Below, piece after piece: positions 23,501 to 36,703 of a stretch of 64,000 bases of DNA (the stretch's first letter is position 1; every line of letters starts with the position of its first letter). The DNA is taken from contig OZ024745.1 of assembly GCA_964016885.1 (NCBI GenBank), positions 55,924,001 through 55,988,000 on the forward strand. The letters are read 5' to 3'. The position numbers were made by a program, and so were the translations under genes. This stretch comes from Eledone cirrhosa. Lineage: Eukaryota. The notes below the pieces were generated by a model, which worked only from the letters and a program-made list of their open reading frames with translations, did no database searches and was not told the origin of the DNA.

Positions 23501-26222
23501 GAGCCAAACAAGGCATTTAGTCTTCGCTGCTGGAACGTACGGACGCTGCTTGACAGGGATTCGTTGGAGCGTCCTGAACGAAGGACCGCTCTTATTGCAA
23601 AGGAGCTTCGACGTTACCATCTTGACATCGTGGCTTTATCTGAGACGAGGTTAGCTTACAGGATGTTGTGGAGAATATACATTCTTCTAGAAAGGAAGAG
23701 ATGAAGGAACCAGAAGAGAGGCTGGGGTAGGATTTTCTGTTAATACTGTTCTTGTGAATAAATTAGAAGAATTCCCAGTAGGGATTAGTGAGCGTCTTAT
23801 GTCCATGAGAATTCCGCTGGACAAAGGAAGATATGCGACCCCGGTGAGTGTGTATGCTCCAACTATGAATTCTGTCGATGAAGAAAAAGTCTCCTTTTAC
23901 CATGCCTTGAAAGGTGTTTTAACAAATATCCCTCAGGCAGACAAAGTCATCGTGCTTGGTGACTTTAATACTAGAGTGGGTAGGGATTTTAACACATGGA
24001 ATGTAATCGGAAGGCATGGGGAGAGAAAGTGTAGCAACAATGGTATGCTCCTGCTGCAGATGTATGAGGAGCTGGATCTGTGTGTTACCAACACCATGTT
24101 CCAAAAAAAGAACAAATTCAAGACCACATGTATGCATGCTGCATCTAAGGAATGGCATCTTTTGGACTACGTCCTAGTTAGGATGCGTGACAGACAGGAT
24201 GTGCAGTGTGTTCGTGCTCTTCGTGGAGCTGAGCGCTGGACGGACCACCGCCAGGTACGCGCAAAAGTGAAACTAATTACTAAACGTAAAATCCGGGTTC
24301 CTGGTGTTGCCCTACCCAAAAGATTGAATACTGATCGTCTTAAGGATGAAAATGTGAAGAGGACATTGGAAGAGATGCAGGCTGCAGATCTTGGTGAGGA
24401 TTGGCCGACCCTTAAAAAGTCGGTTTATGATGTAGGCAGGCGTGTTCTGGGATTGGTGCAGAGAAAACATCAGGACTGGTTTAATGAGAATGATGTACAT
24501 ATAGAAGACTTGTTGGCTAATAAGAGGCGTGCTCTGTCACGCTACTTCACGGCAAAACCACAGGAGAGGAATACGTTGCATGAGGAACTCAAGGATGTAA
24601 AATCACGTGTTTGGCGGAGTCTTTCTCAGATGAAGGTTCAGTGGTGGAGTTAGAAGGCTGGTGAGATACAAACTGCGTCAGATTACAATAACACAAAGCT
24701 GTTGTACAGTCTCTTGCGTGAGGTTTATGGACCGTCTTCTCTGGTGACACCGCTTCGCAGCAAGGATGGCAAAGAACTTATTCGTGCCTCACAAGAAATT
24801 CTACGAAGGTGGCGAGAGCACTTTGATGATCTTTTGAATCAGCTGTCTGTCGTCAGTGAAGATTTCCTCAATCTCATTCCAGAAATCCTGTGAAAGTAGC
24901 TCTCGCAGAACCTTCGATGCTTGTGGAGGTTGCAGTGGCTATCTCGAAGCTGAACAGTGGAAGGTCTCCAGGTATGGATGGCATACATGCTGAGCTCCTA
25001 CAATATGGTGGTGAGAGACTCCTACAACATCTTCACTCTTTGTTTGGCAGGATATGGGCTAATGAATCCGTAGCCGAGGACTGGAGAGATGCAGTAATGG
25101 TGGTTTTGTACAAGGGAAAGGGTAACAGGAATGATTGTGGGAACTACAGAGGTATATCATTGCTTTCTGCCGTAGGGAAAGTTTTATGTAGGGTGCTTCT
25201 GGACCGTTGCTGACACACATTGCAGATTGTGTTCTTCCTCAAAGTCAATCTGGTTTTCGTGCTGCACGCAGCACTACTGCTATGATCTTCTCAGCTAGAC
25301 AGCTCCAGGAGAAGTGCATGGAACAAGGTTTGGATCTGTATCAGGTATTTGTGGATCTGACAAAAGTTGTTGATACTGTTAACAGACATGCATTATGGAA
25401 GGTTCTACAGAAATTTCGTTGCCCTGATAAGTTCCTTGCTTTGGTTAGTTCTTTCCATGACGACATAAAGGCTTGGGTTAATGTCGGAGGTAACATGTCG
25501 GAGCCTATCTCAGTAAAAAAATGGAGTGAAACAGGGGGATATTCCAGCGCCGACCCTGTTTGCCATATACTTTGCAATGGTTTTCTGTATTGCATTCAGG
25601 AATTGCGAGCATGGTGTTTACATCCGATATCGAACCTCAGGTAGCATATTTAACATCAAGCGCTTTGCTGCAAAGACAAAAGTATTTACATCAATCATAA
25701 GAGACCACTTGTATGCAGATGATTGCGATCTTGTAGCGCACACAGAGAGTGATATGCAGTACATTTTGAATGCATTTTCTGACGATTGCACTGCCCTAGG
25801 ATTGACTGTCAGTCTCAAGAAAACCGTCGTCATGTACCAACCTGCCTCTGGTAAGCAGTACACTGAACTAAATATCTATGTGTATGGTAAACGACTTGGA
25901 GTAATGGATCAGTTTGTCTACCTGGGAAGCGCTGTCAATCGATACAGCAACCTTGACAGTGAAATCTCACTTAGTATTAGGAAGCAAGTGATGCTTTCGG
26001 AAAGCTAGAAAGGCGACTCTGGGGTCGGCGAGACATATGCAGGAGGACAAAGGTAATGGTGTACAAGGCACGTGTGCTCTCTTTTCTTCTTTATGCCTGC
26101 GACGAGACCTGGGTCACATATCGACACCACCTTAAGCAATTGGAGCGTTTCCATTAGATGTGTCTCAGGCGGATCCATGGCGTTCACTGGAGGGACCACA
26201 TCAGTGATGTCGAGATTTTGGA
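23501..26222 (+). pseudogene. RTE-clade LINE ORF (APE endonuclease plus reverse transcriptase), frameshifted
   Basis: WNVRTL, DIVALSETR, SVYAPT, VLGDFN, LLDYVL, WTDH (APE); KSPG-like RSPGMDG, NYRGISLL, QSGFR, FVDLTK..DTV, KQG, LYADD (RT); ends [12 protein letters not shown]. Confidence 0.95.
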
Positions 26223-26267
26223 ATATATATATGGAGTATATATATATATACATACATACATACACAC

Positions 26268-26299
<32 letters not shown>

Positions 26300-26396
26300 A
26301 TACATATATATTTATATATATATATATATATACACACACATATATATATATATATATGCATATATATATATATATATATATACATATATATGTATG

Positions 26397-26433
<37 letters not shown>

Positions 26434-26446
26434 GTATGCATGTATA

Positions 26447-26540
<94 letters not shown>

Positions 26541-26569
26541 TATATATATACATTATACATATATAAATA
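26223..26569. repeat. (TA)n-rich microsatellite
   Basis: Directly visible. Confidence 0.95.
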
Positions 26570-27045
26570 CTACCAGATTTGCCCGGCATTGCTCGGGGTT
26601 TGAAATTATGCTAAGAATATACAGCTAGGAGGTAAAAGAAGAACATTATTTGTCCCCAACCTGTCAAAATAAGCAGAAGTCTTCAATAATTATTGCAAAC
26701 GAATATTTAGTGCAATCTTTGTACACATAAAACTTTGTTGATAATGAAGGAAAACACTGGACAGGATGTAGTTATACAAATGATTAAAGACACGTTACCA
26801 ATCTGTAAAAAAACAGGCAGTTTTGCTAAAGTACAAAAAGTTGTAATGAAAGCAGAGTTGTATACAAACAAAAAAACAATGTGAGTAGAATAAGAGAAAA
26901 TATATTCTTTGAGAGCATACTTTATTGTGCATGGTTAAATTTTGAACATATAATCCAAAATATCCTGCATGACATATTCATTGGTATGTTTTGTAATGAG
27001 TCAGGTGAAGTCATGGCAGAGCTGTAATACGTTTTTTTGTTAACA

Positions 27046-27520
27046 CTAAAGCACTTCAGGATAGAGGATATTCTTTGTTTTTCTGTTCACAGAAAAACGC
27101 AAAGATATTATCTCGACTGCCAACTCGTGAGCAGGCAAGGTGTGAAAAGCAAGGTTCATCCAAGTTGACCTTGCGACTTGTTTATGGACAAAGGCAATAC
27201 GAAGGGGAGATTGGGTTCGGTGAAAGGAGAAGGGAGTATACACGCCTGATGTAGTCAGGCTAATTTTTGTTATTATCACAACCGCACCTTTTCCAAATCC
27301 GGATAGAATGGTAGCGTCAATACTCAGTGGAGACAGTTTTTTAACCACAAGGCGTGAACCATTGCATAGTTTTTGAGGAGTGATATTTCTCAGCAAAATA
27401 ACTGGCGTTCCCTCTTTCAGAACCAATGTATTAGGAGGTAAACCAGGAGGATTTAAAGAATTTAGAAATTCAACTGGATAGTTGACCGCATCCTGTGGAT
27501 CACATACAGTATCAATAGAT
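27046..27520 (-). pseudogene. Helitron RepHel PIF1-like helicase C-terminal fragment
   Basis: SIDTVCDPQDAVNYPVEFLNSLNPPGLPPNTLVLKEGTPVILLRNI....LCNGSRLVV...RTQSPLRIAF...TKNILYPEVL. Confidence 0.9.
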
Positions 27521-27646
27521 TTATATATCCGTGGACATCCAGGAAGAATCCTGTTCAGTATGTTCCTTCATTGTCAAAAAAGTTTGATGTGTACGAATAG
27601 AGCTTGAAGCATAGATAATGCCTGCCTCAAATGTGGACGAAATTAC

Positions 27647-28070
27647 TTTAAAAATGTAAAAGCTGTAGGTCCCAATGGATTGAATGGAAAGTCCCTTAAA
27701 GATTGTTCTAAAAATAAACAAAATATGGTCAATTCTAGACTGCTGTGAGATTAGGCCCTTACCGCGAAAATTAACACTTAATATAGTGAAACAAGTTAAA
27801 ACAACAAGTGTTCTTTTAACTTTGAAAGTGCAACAAATTGTTTTTTGTATCCACATTGCTTATGAAAGTTTTAAAAATGTAAAAGTTGTAGGGCCCAATG
27901 GTTTGAATGGAAAGTCCCCTAAAGATTGTTCTAACAATAAACAAACCATCATCATAATCTCGTCAATTCGAGAGTGCTGCGAGATTAGGCCCTTAACGTG
28001 AAAATTAACACTTAATATAGTGAAACAAGTTAAAACAAGAAGTCTCTTTTTAACTTTGAAAGTGCAACAA
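27647..28070. repeat. ~200-bp direct duplication inside the Helitron
   Basis: tttaaaaatgtaaaag..gtgcaacaaa at 27647-27837 and 27870-28070. Confidence 0.85.
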
Positions 28071-28563
28071 AGAATAAACAAGAAACAAACGATAATATTA
28101 GTGATTTATCTTCAAATGAATCTTATGTTTATATTTCTGAAATTTCGTCCGACGATGATTGTTGTTTTAAAATTGAAAACGAAGGTCTCCATATCTCACT
28201 CTCTTTATAAGGATTGTCAATAAAGTTGGTTATCTCCCTGTTTTTATAAAGAGTGTCAATAAAGTTGGTTATCTCCCTTACATCAATTTTGCTACCGATA
28301 ATTTTGATATCGATTTTTTATTGCTCAACGTGGGTCGATTCAGAAAATGTTAGCGAACTGTGGAACGTGCACATAAAATATTGTCAAATTCGGTAGGTAA
28401 TTGTAAAGGCCTTAGGTATCCAAAGTTGTACACAGACACACGCACATCCTCGCTTTTATATATATAAAGATGTATGCAAGTATATATATATATATATATA
28501 TTTATAAATATAAATATATATATATGCATATATATATACATTATACACGCATATATACATACA

Positions 28564-28597
<34 letters not shown>

Positions 28598-28600
28598 CAT

Positions 28601-28695
28601 GATGGCTGCCCCCTCGTTATCGAGTATGGCCATTGCACAATAAAAAAAAAAAATAAAAAAATAAAAAAAAAAAATAAAAATAAAAAAAATAAAAA

Positions 28696-28765
<70 letters not shown>

Positions 28766-28776
28766 AAAAAGGGAAA

Positions 28777-28813
<37 letters not shown>

Positions 28814-28933
28814 TACATATATATATATATACACATATATATACACACACACATACATACACATACATACATATATACACACACACATACATACACATAC
28901 ACTCACACATATATACACACATACATTAATAAC

Positions 28934-28982
<49 letters not shown>

Positions 28983-29061
28983 GCAATAATAATAATAACG
29001 ACAACAACAATAATAATATACATATTCATATATATATACACACACACGCACGCACATAAGC

Positions 29062-29099
<38 letters not shown>

Positions 29100-29109
29100 G
29101 ATAGCAACT

Positions 29110-29113
<4 letters not shown>
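28601..29113 (-). mobile_element. Second copy of the RTE 3' UTR (severely 5'-truncated insertion)
   Basis: Same terminus gatggctgcccc(c)tcgttatcgagtatggccattgcac and same order of simple repeats as 21620-21927. Confidence 0.85.
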
Positions 29114-29189
<76 letters not shown>

Positions 29190-29551
29190 TAGAACGGGTA
29201 TTATAAATATAGTTTCCATTTATTTAATATCATTGTATATATATATATATATTCAGCGAGAATCGCATTTCGGCGAGTAGAAAACGCGAAACGTAACGCA
29301 AATTCAGAGTCATGCTGGCAAGCGCTCCATAGTTTATAAAAACCAGAACTATAAACATATGTTATAAACGCCATACAAACTGAAAAGGCAGTCAAGAAGA
29401 AAATAACCACTTAAGCCAAAAAACAAGTCAAGCTAGACAGGTCAGACAAAATAAATGATAAAATCATATATATACACATATATATAACAAACCTGGACCC
29501 AATGGAATTGATGGTAAAATCCAAATACAGGGTTCCTATGACACCTAAATC

Positions 29552-29740
29552 AATAATTGTTTCTACGTTAGGCACAAGGCCAGCAATTATCCAGTGCATT
29601 ACTGGTACTTTATTTTATCGACCCCGTAAGGATGAAAGGCAAAGTCAACCTCGGCGGGATTTGAACTCAGATCGTAAAGGGACGTAACTATGCTGGAAAA
29701 CATGGCGTCCGACCCTCTACCGATACTGCCAGTCCACCTA
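29552..29740 (-). mobile_element. tRNA-type SINE, near full length
   Basis: Minus strand has A-box-like TGGCAGTATCGG, B-box GAGTTCAAATCC and the central block ccgaggttgactttgcctttcatcc...gtcgataaaataaagtaccag. Confidence 0.88.
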
Positions 29741-31591
29741 AATCAATAATACTGTCTGCTTATAACTATAAGCTTTTGATATAATGATCGAACAAGAAAT
29801 ATCACGTTATCAATAGGTATTTTGTTCTGCGGCAATGTTGTGAATGACGTAGTGTGTTGTAAAAGCAAATGTGTATCTCACAAGGGGAAAAACCCCACAT
29901 TTTGGTAAATGAATTCAGTATGTGTAAATCATGCAAAAATTTTCATTAATATCACAAATCGAATAAGCACTCAACTGTGTAGTTTTTAAAATAAACTTAT
30001 GCAATTAATCTGTCCATAGAATTATTAACAGGTTAATTGTAAGACTCGGGAGATTAATATATATATATATATACATACCTGTCAAATTATGTGCGTGTGT
30101 GTGTGTTTGTTAGAATGTGTGCTTGAGTTGTAAAATATTTTCTTATAATTATATCCATAACATATTATCAAATGGCATATATGGCAATCTGAATATCTAT
30201 ATTGTTAAAAAGAAAGTTCAAACATGCATGCTTGGCTAATAACAAGCTAATCTATAACCCAGTATAAATTATTGATTCACCCAAGTTCAGATTATTGCAC
30301 CGGAAAAATATTCCTTAATCTGAATATCAACGAATTTGAATATTTCTTCAACTATATGTCATCAGATGATTTTCATATATGTTTATATCTTGTCACCTTA
30401 TATCTGCAAATCTGCTAGAGGCTTATAGGTGGGTTATACCGGCGATGGTTTCCAGATTACTCTCAGAAATAAGATAGGAATAAAAAATATTCCAGAGATA
30501 TACCGGCTTCTCTTGACGATAAAATATGCTTGAAATTGTTTTTTTTAAATCATAATAAAGATATTCGTTTGGGAGTGATCTGGATATAAATCACACCAGC
30601 AACAAGAATAACCTGATTTAACTCCAGTAGACCAGATCCTGTTTTTTTCTAATATCGCTAATAACAAATTTTTCAACGTTGGCACATACCCAATAATGTT
30701 AGACAAATTGTGTAATCAATTTAATCAAAACCAATAGAGGGCATTCACTATATTATTTGAATCATAAAAAAATTGTCGGTCAGAATGAGCTTCTAAATCA
30801 AAATATAAACAGAATAAATGATTACATGGAACTAAATAAGTCAAATCTCTTTTTTTTATAGAAAGAAATAAAAATAGCGATTGACATAGTTGTTTGTTCT
30901 GGGTGAGGTCAACTTTATATCTCCTCACATCGGCTTAGAAAATAAAAGCAAATGTTATTCGGCTACTCCAGGGCACCATGAAAGTAATGCTGACATAGAG
31001 GTGACCTCATTCAATTCGTTCACAATTAATCCGAAGGCACAAAAATGAATAATGAGAAGTACTATTCCGATTCTATAATAGGTCACTTCGCAATAATATT
31101 AATCGTTGTGCGGATAAAGTGATCGCTGTTATGAGATCTCTAAAATTGACACATACGTCTTTGATTTTTAACGAAAGAGATGTTCGTGTGTGTGAATCAT
31201 AAAGTCACATTATAATTCCTTATCAGTAAATAATCTTTGCCGAATGTATTTTGATTGCATTGATTTTGAATCAAATTCCCTATTACACGTAGATTGCACT
31301 CACAAAGATTATGAGAGGGCAACAATATCCATCTGATGTTGTAATATTGAAACCTCAAATGTTCCATTTGCCATGGAATGTTGTTACTGGAAAAAAATGA
31401 ATTTATCGCCTTTCAAATTCAATATAGTTATTGCGGTTTTGTAGGTCTACCGTAAACAGATAGATAGATAAATAGTGCTATAGATAAATAGACAAACAGT
31501 TAAATGTAGAAATAGTGATAAACATTTAGGTACGTATATAGATAGATATTTAGATAGAGAGATATACTTTTAAATCGGCTACAGCACTTCG

Positions 31592-31645
31592 CTGGTACTT
31601 TATTTTATCAACCTTGAAATGATGAAATGGAAAGACGACTTGACA
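31592..31645 (-). mobile_element. Degenerate fragment of the same SINE
   Basis: ctggtactttattttatcaacc..gatgaaa..aaag matches the SINE central block. Confidence 0.55.
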
Positions 31646-31732
31646 TTAAAATCTAAAAGCTTTTTTTCTTATGTTCTAATCATTCTACTCAACCATTACA
31701 TAATTCTAATAATGATGATAATAATGATGATG

Positions 31733-31787
<55 letters not shown>

Positions 31788-32047
31788 TTTCTTTATTAAC
31801 CACAAGGGTTTACATAAAGTAGACATTAAGGACAGTGCAGGACAATGCAGGACGGTACAAATGGGCATTTCTGCGTGTAAAAAAACAAAAACAGAGGATG
31901 TAACAAAAATAACAATGAAAATAACAATGAAAAATTCCCCAATAGGGGGGAGACTTCGGAGGGACATTTGTGGAGAAAGCCCAGTAAAAAGCCACAATGA
32001 CCCTGACCACCAAGGCAAGTGCCCTCTCCCAGTTTTCCACCTTTAGT

Positions 32048-34492
32048 TTACAGATATATACTCAGAGTCGGCCCATTCACTCGGCCCATTCTTGCTTCTC
32101 TCACCCATCTTTCAACAAAATGCTGGGAAGATAGCACTTCCTTCTCTACTCTGATTTTCCTTTTCAAATGAAATTTGAAAAAGTCAATCAGAGCATCACC
32201 GAAGAGGTAAGTGCTCGTCTTCAGCCCTTTCAAACGTGTCCACCATACTATCTCTTTCGCCATGGCCACCAGACAGATAAAAACTGCCTGCCCTTCCCGG
32301 CTAAAGGAGGAGGGCGGGGCAATCCTCACGATAGACTCAGATGATAGCTGGATCCGTCCTAAACGCGACAGCAGGTGTTCGACATAAACCCACAAGTCAG
32401 CAATTTTCGGACACTGGACGAGTGCGTGCAGGACGGTTTCGTCGCCCTGCGCGCATCTCGGACATGCCCGGCTGACGGCACCTCCATGCCTGTAGAGTTT
32501 ATCCCGAACTGGCAAGGCTCCTCAGTAGCACTGCCAGGCCAGAGATTTCTGGAAGTTGTCCATAGGCCCTGGCCCGAAAGTTCTTCCGAAGAGATTGGCT
32601 AGTTGATTTTCGTCGACGCCTAGAGTTTCCCCAAGTACGTCGTCGCTCTTCCCCTCCACTAATCCTCTATAGAACGCCGAGGTGGAGTTTCCACCGATCA
32701 CATTGCCCGATTGGTCGAGGGCTGTGAGCGCCTGAAGACATTCCAGTCTCCAGGCGCTCCCTCTCGGTCTTCGCTTGACCCAGGACTGCAGCTCCGTCAA
32801 GGAAACGAGCTGGGGAAAAACGCGTCTAGCAAACGGCGACCACACCTGATCACCGTCGAGGAAGAGGTGGAGATGTCGTAGCCTGAGCGCGTGCCTGCGC
32901 ATCATCAGCCACGGCATGCCCAGCCCTCCACGTAGCGGGTGTTGACAACAGATGGACCGCCTGACCATCGGAGCACGTCCCTTCCACAAAAAGCGAAAGA
33001 GCAAACGCTCCAGCGCAGTCAGGCGAGGCTTAGGACAAGGTACGACGGTTAGGCGGTAGCAGATGACAGACGCGATGTACGCGTTAGCCACCTCCGCTCG
33101 ACCTTTCAGGGATAGCTTCCTCTCCGCCCATTTCTGGGTGAGAGAAGCCACCCTGCTCGTCACCTCGTCCCAGTTTTTGTCCGTCTGGAGGTCCGGACCG
33201 AACCAGACCCCTAGCAATTTAACCGGTCCGTCCGTCCAGCGCCCGACGACGCTGTTGGACGGCATGGACCTGCCTCTCCAGGTGCCGAGCTGCAGGCCCA
33301 CTGACTTTTCCTGGTTGATCATTGCTCCTGTCACCGCTTCGTATTCTCTTAGTGTAGTGCCGATCGCCTCGATGTGTTTGGCGTTCGACACCACTACGGT
33401 GACATCGTCCGCATATGCTGACACGGATCTTCCACATCCTAGTTCGCGCGGGACTCCCCTCAACGTCTCCAATTTGTGCAGTAATGGCTCGAGAGTCAAT
33501 ACGTACAAGAGGGACGAGAGGGGACATCCTTGGCGGACCGAGCGCATGATGTTGAACGGTTCCGACAGGTGACCGTTCACTCTCACCACAGAGCAGATGT
33601 CGCTGTGCATGGCAGCGATCCAGCCTCTGAAGACGGGCCCAAAGCCAGCCGCCCTCAGGACTGCCGCTAGGTAACGATGGTCGACCCTATCGAAAGCTTT
33701 CGACTGATCTAAATTGATCAAGGACCCACCCGTGCCAGGTTCCCTAGCTACCCTCTCTACGATGTATCGCATGAGGTGGAGGTTGTCGTGGATGGATCTG
33801 TCGGGAATGGCGCATGTCTGCGCCTCTCCCACCAGACCACCAACGACAAGCGCCAACCTCTTTGCTAGCACCTTGGCCAAAATCTTAAACTCTGTGTTTA
33901 GCAGAGTTATGGGCCGGAAATTGTCTATGTTATCCCCCTTGTTCGGATCCTTTCTCAGCAGTGCCACCGCTCCTCGGCTCACAGAACTGGGAATTCTCCC
34001 GTTCTGTTGCCAGTTGCAGTAGACGTCCGCCAAGAGGCCTCCGAACAAGTCTGGCATCTGTACGTAAAGTTCATAGGGCAGACCATCCAAACCAGGCGAT
34101 TTACCCCTTGTGCAGCCAGTCATTGCCTCCCGTACTTCAGCGGCTGTTATCGGCTTTTCGCAACACTTCGCCTCAGTGGCCGTGTGCCGCGGCAGTCCGT
34201 CGAGGTAGACACTAAAGTCCATCCCTCTACCCGGCTCCCCGCTGCCCCCGAACAGCTGAGCGAAGTGTCGCTGAAAAGCTTCACACATTTGCCCGGGATC
34301 GAGTAGCATGCGCCCGTCGTGGTCCACCAAAGACCGGATCGTGGCTTTGTTGCCACGACGCGCCTCCGCCACTCGGGCCCATTGAACGGCTTTCGTCCCC
34401 TCGTGTCTGAGAGCACGCACCCTAGCTCTGACAACGCAGCCTTCGTGCTTTGCATTGAAGAATTGGTCAAGGGCCAATTTCGCCGCAAGCAC
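32048..34492 (-). pseudogene. Tx1-like ORF2 (RT plus C-terminal zinc finger), one internal stop, N-terminus deleted
   Basis: KSPGLDG, NFRPITLLNTEFKILAK, LDQSKAFDRV, SVRQGCPLS, SAYADD, CPRC...ETVLHALVQC. Confidence 0.93.
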
Positions 34493-34532
34493 GTCGGTCG
34501 CAATGCCTTTGCTAAGCGATGGGAAAGACCAC

Positions 34533-36304
34533 TTACCTTACTTCTCGTAGGGGAAGGACGGTTTTTCCATCCTTTTCACTGCTTGTGGCCTTCTCAGGAA
34601 GGATGTCCTTATAAATCCTCCTGGAGAGTGCTTGTCGGAAGTCTCCGATGTCTTTGGGGAATTTTTGTTTTAGTGTCATGTACGTTTTCTGTATGATGCG
34701 AGTGATTTGTATGTGTGGAGGTGGTGTGAATTTTGGGGTTGTTGTGTAGTGTTTTTCTGTGATGCTGGTGTTGTGTTGGATGTAGTGTAATAATTGCTTG
34801 TTGTTCAAATTTAATGCTGTGTAGTGTGTATCGTTTTGGTTGTTTTGTTTTGTTTGCGTTTGTTGTGGGTTTGTTTCTGTTTCGCATTTTGGTGACTTTT
34901 GTGGTGTAGGTGATGGTGGTGCTGGGGTTAATGATGGTGATGGTGTTGGTGTTTGGGTTGATGGGGTTGGTGATGCTGGTGTGGATGGTGGCATATCTGT
35001 CCTAACTTTTTTGTTTCTTAATTTATTTGTTTCCCTCTGTATTTTGTTTTTGGAGGGCGAAGGAAGAGAATTTTTTCTTTTTTGGTTTCTTTTTTTTTCC
35101 GGATATCGTTTCCCACTCCTCGTCGTCACAATCTGTCTCCAGTTGTGATAGGCCGGGGAGTGGAAAATCCTCCACAGCCGTTAGTTTTGGTTGTGGTGTG
35201 GTGGATGGTGTAGGCGCTGGTGCTAGTTCTGAAGCGTTGGGTGGTGGTGGTGTTGGTTTTGCTGGTGGTGGTAGTGGTGTTGCTTTTGCTACTGTTGCTG
35301 GGGTTGTTGCTGTTATAGTTGCTTCTGTTGTTGCTGCTACACTTGTTGCTGCCATCTCTGCTACTGGTGGTGTTGATGGTTGTGTCACTGGGGTGGGTAG
35401 GAGAGGTGGCCTCAACCTTTTAGCCTGAGGGCAGAAAGCCCTTAGGTGGGTTCCTTCACCACAAACGACACACCTAGGTCTTCTGCCATCGACAATTACC
35501 GTGAGGTGGCTGCCGTCAGTGAGGTCTATTACCTCTGGGATCTCCTCAATGCTTTTTTGGTCCGCCTGGATCAGGAGCTCCATCCCAGATCCGGACCAGT
35601 TTTCCTGCTTTTCCTTTGCTATTGCTATTATTTTCGTGTTGGCTTCGATGCCGGCGAGGACAGCTGCTATTAGCCAGGGAATGTCGATGGCCTGTGGAAC
35701 GTGGGTCACTCTGATCTTTACGAGTCTCTGGCCACAATAGCTTGGGACGAGTGTGAAGTCGTCACTTTTTAATGGGGCCATGGAGTGTTCTCTAGCCTCC
35801 TCTGGTGTTTCAAAGAACACATCCACGGTTCCATACTTTTGCCCACGTCTGATGTGGGTTTTTCTTGCCCACACATGTCCCAAAGCTTTTTGGATTTGGG
35901 ACTCGGATGCCCGTTCCACTCGGAGCGATTTTACATTTATTGTTCTATACGACACGGTGCATAGGCGCCGATGCTCCATTTTATTAGGTGGGGGGGTGAG
36001 GCTGACCCTGTACCCATCTTTCTTTACCATAGGGGGGGGTTTATCATGTCATTGTTGTTGTTGATGCTATCGTTAATATTAATTTTAGTTTCAGTTGTGG
36101 TGGTGGTGACGTCAGTCGTCTTTGGTGGGGAAGAGTCCATTTTGATTTAATTTCGACATCACGAGTTAATTTATTTTTTTCTTCTTTTGTTTCTGTTGTC
36201 GCGGTGGTGGTGGGGGTGGTGGTTGTCGCGGTGGTGTTGGTGGTGGAGGCTTTAACACCTGCAGTCATTGGTAATGGCGGGAAATGAATGTCTGCCTGAG
36301 ACAA
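34533..36304 (-). pseudogene. Tx1-like ORF1 (CCHC knuckle, Pro/Thr-rich tail), frameshifted
   Basis: CVVCGEGTHLRAFC (CX2CX4HX4C); copy 2 shows that the 34533-35129 ORF is the in-frame continuation (..QNTEETNKL..DMPP). Confidence 0.8.
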
Positions 36305-36647
36305 ATTTAAAATATTGCTACCTGCTTATATTTTTTTTTGTGTTGGCAAACGTAGTAACATGTACAATGGTGGTGTCGGTGTGAGGTGTTAATTTGTGAG
36401 GAAGGCTTTCAGCTGCTTGTTGCAGAGGTGAATTAGCCATTTTTTTCAAAGAAATTTTTTGATAATAATAAAAGTTTAAATTTTGGGCATAAGGCCCCAA
36501 TCTTTTTGGGTGTCCTTTTCGGAAAACAATGTATGTGCGCTTATAAACAGTTAACAATAAGATTTTCCATAAATGACAATTTTTAACAAACGGAAATAAC
36601 AAACCTTTGCGGAGCTCACGATGATACGATTTACTACGTAGGTCGCC

Positions 36648-36703
<56 letters not shown>

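Larger units (their letters stand above)
26570..28470 (-). mobile_element. Non-autonomous, internally deleted Helitron
   Basis: Minus-strand 5' end A|TCTTTATATATATAAAAG at 28470; 3' hairpin cccgagcaatgccggg followed by caaatctggtag|T at 26570 (GTAG variant of CTAG); contains a helicase fragment. Confidence 0.8.
31786..36647 (-). mobile_element. L1-superfamily (Tx1-like) LINE, copy 1; both termini intact, APE domain deleted
   Basis: 5' end GGCGACCTACGTAGTAAA and 3' end ..cccttgtggttAATAAAgaaa are shared with copy 2; flanked by (AAT)n on both sides. Confidence 0.92.

Noticed and set aside
23120-23704. Apparent fusion ORFs spanning RLE and APE sequence
   Set aside because: Chance read-through across the junction of two elements on opposite strands
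34533-35129. Separate third ORF between ORF1 and ORF2
   Set aside because: Copy 2 reads through this junction in frame with ORF1, so it is a frameshifted ORF1 tail
33063-35740. Plus-strand ORFs over the Tx1-like elements (also 40844-45967)
   Set aside because: Antisense shadows of GC-rich LINE coding sequence with no recognisable motifs
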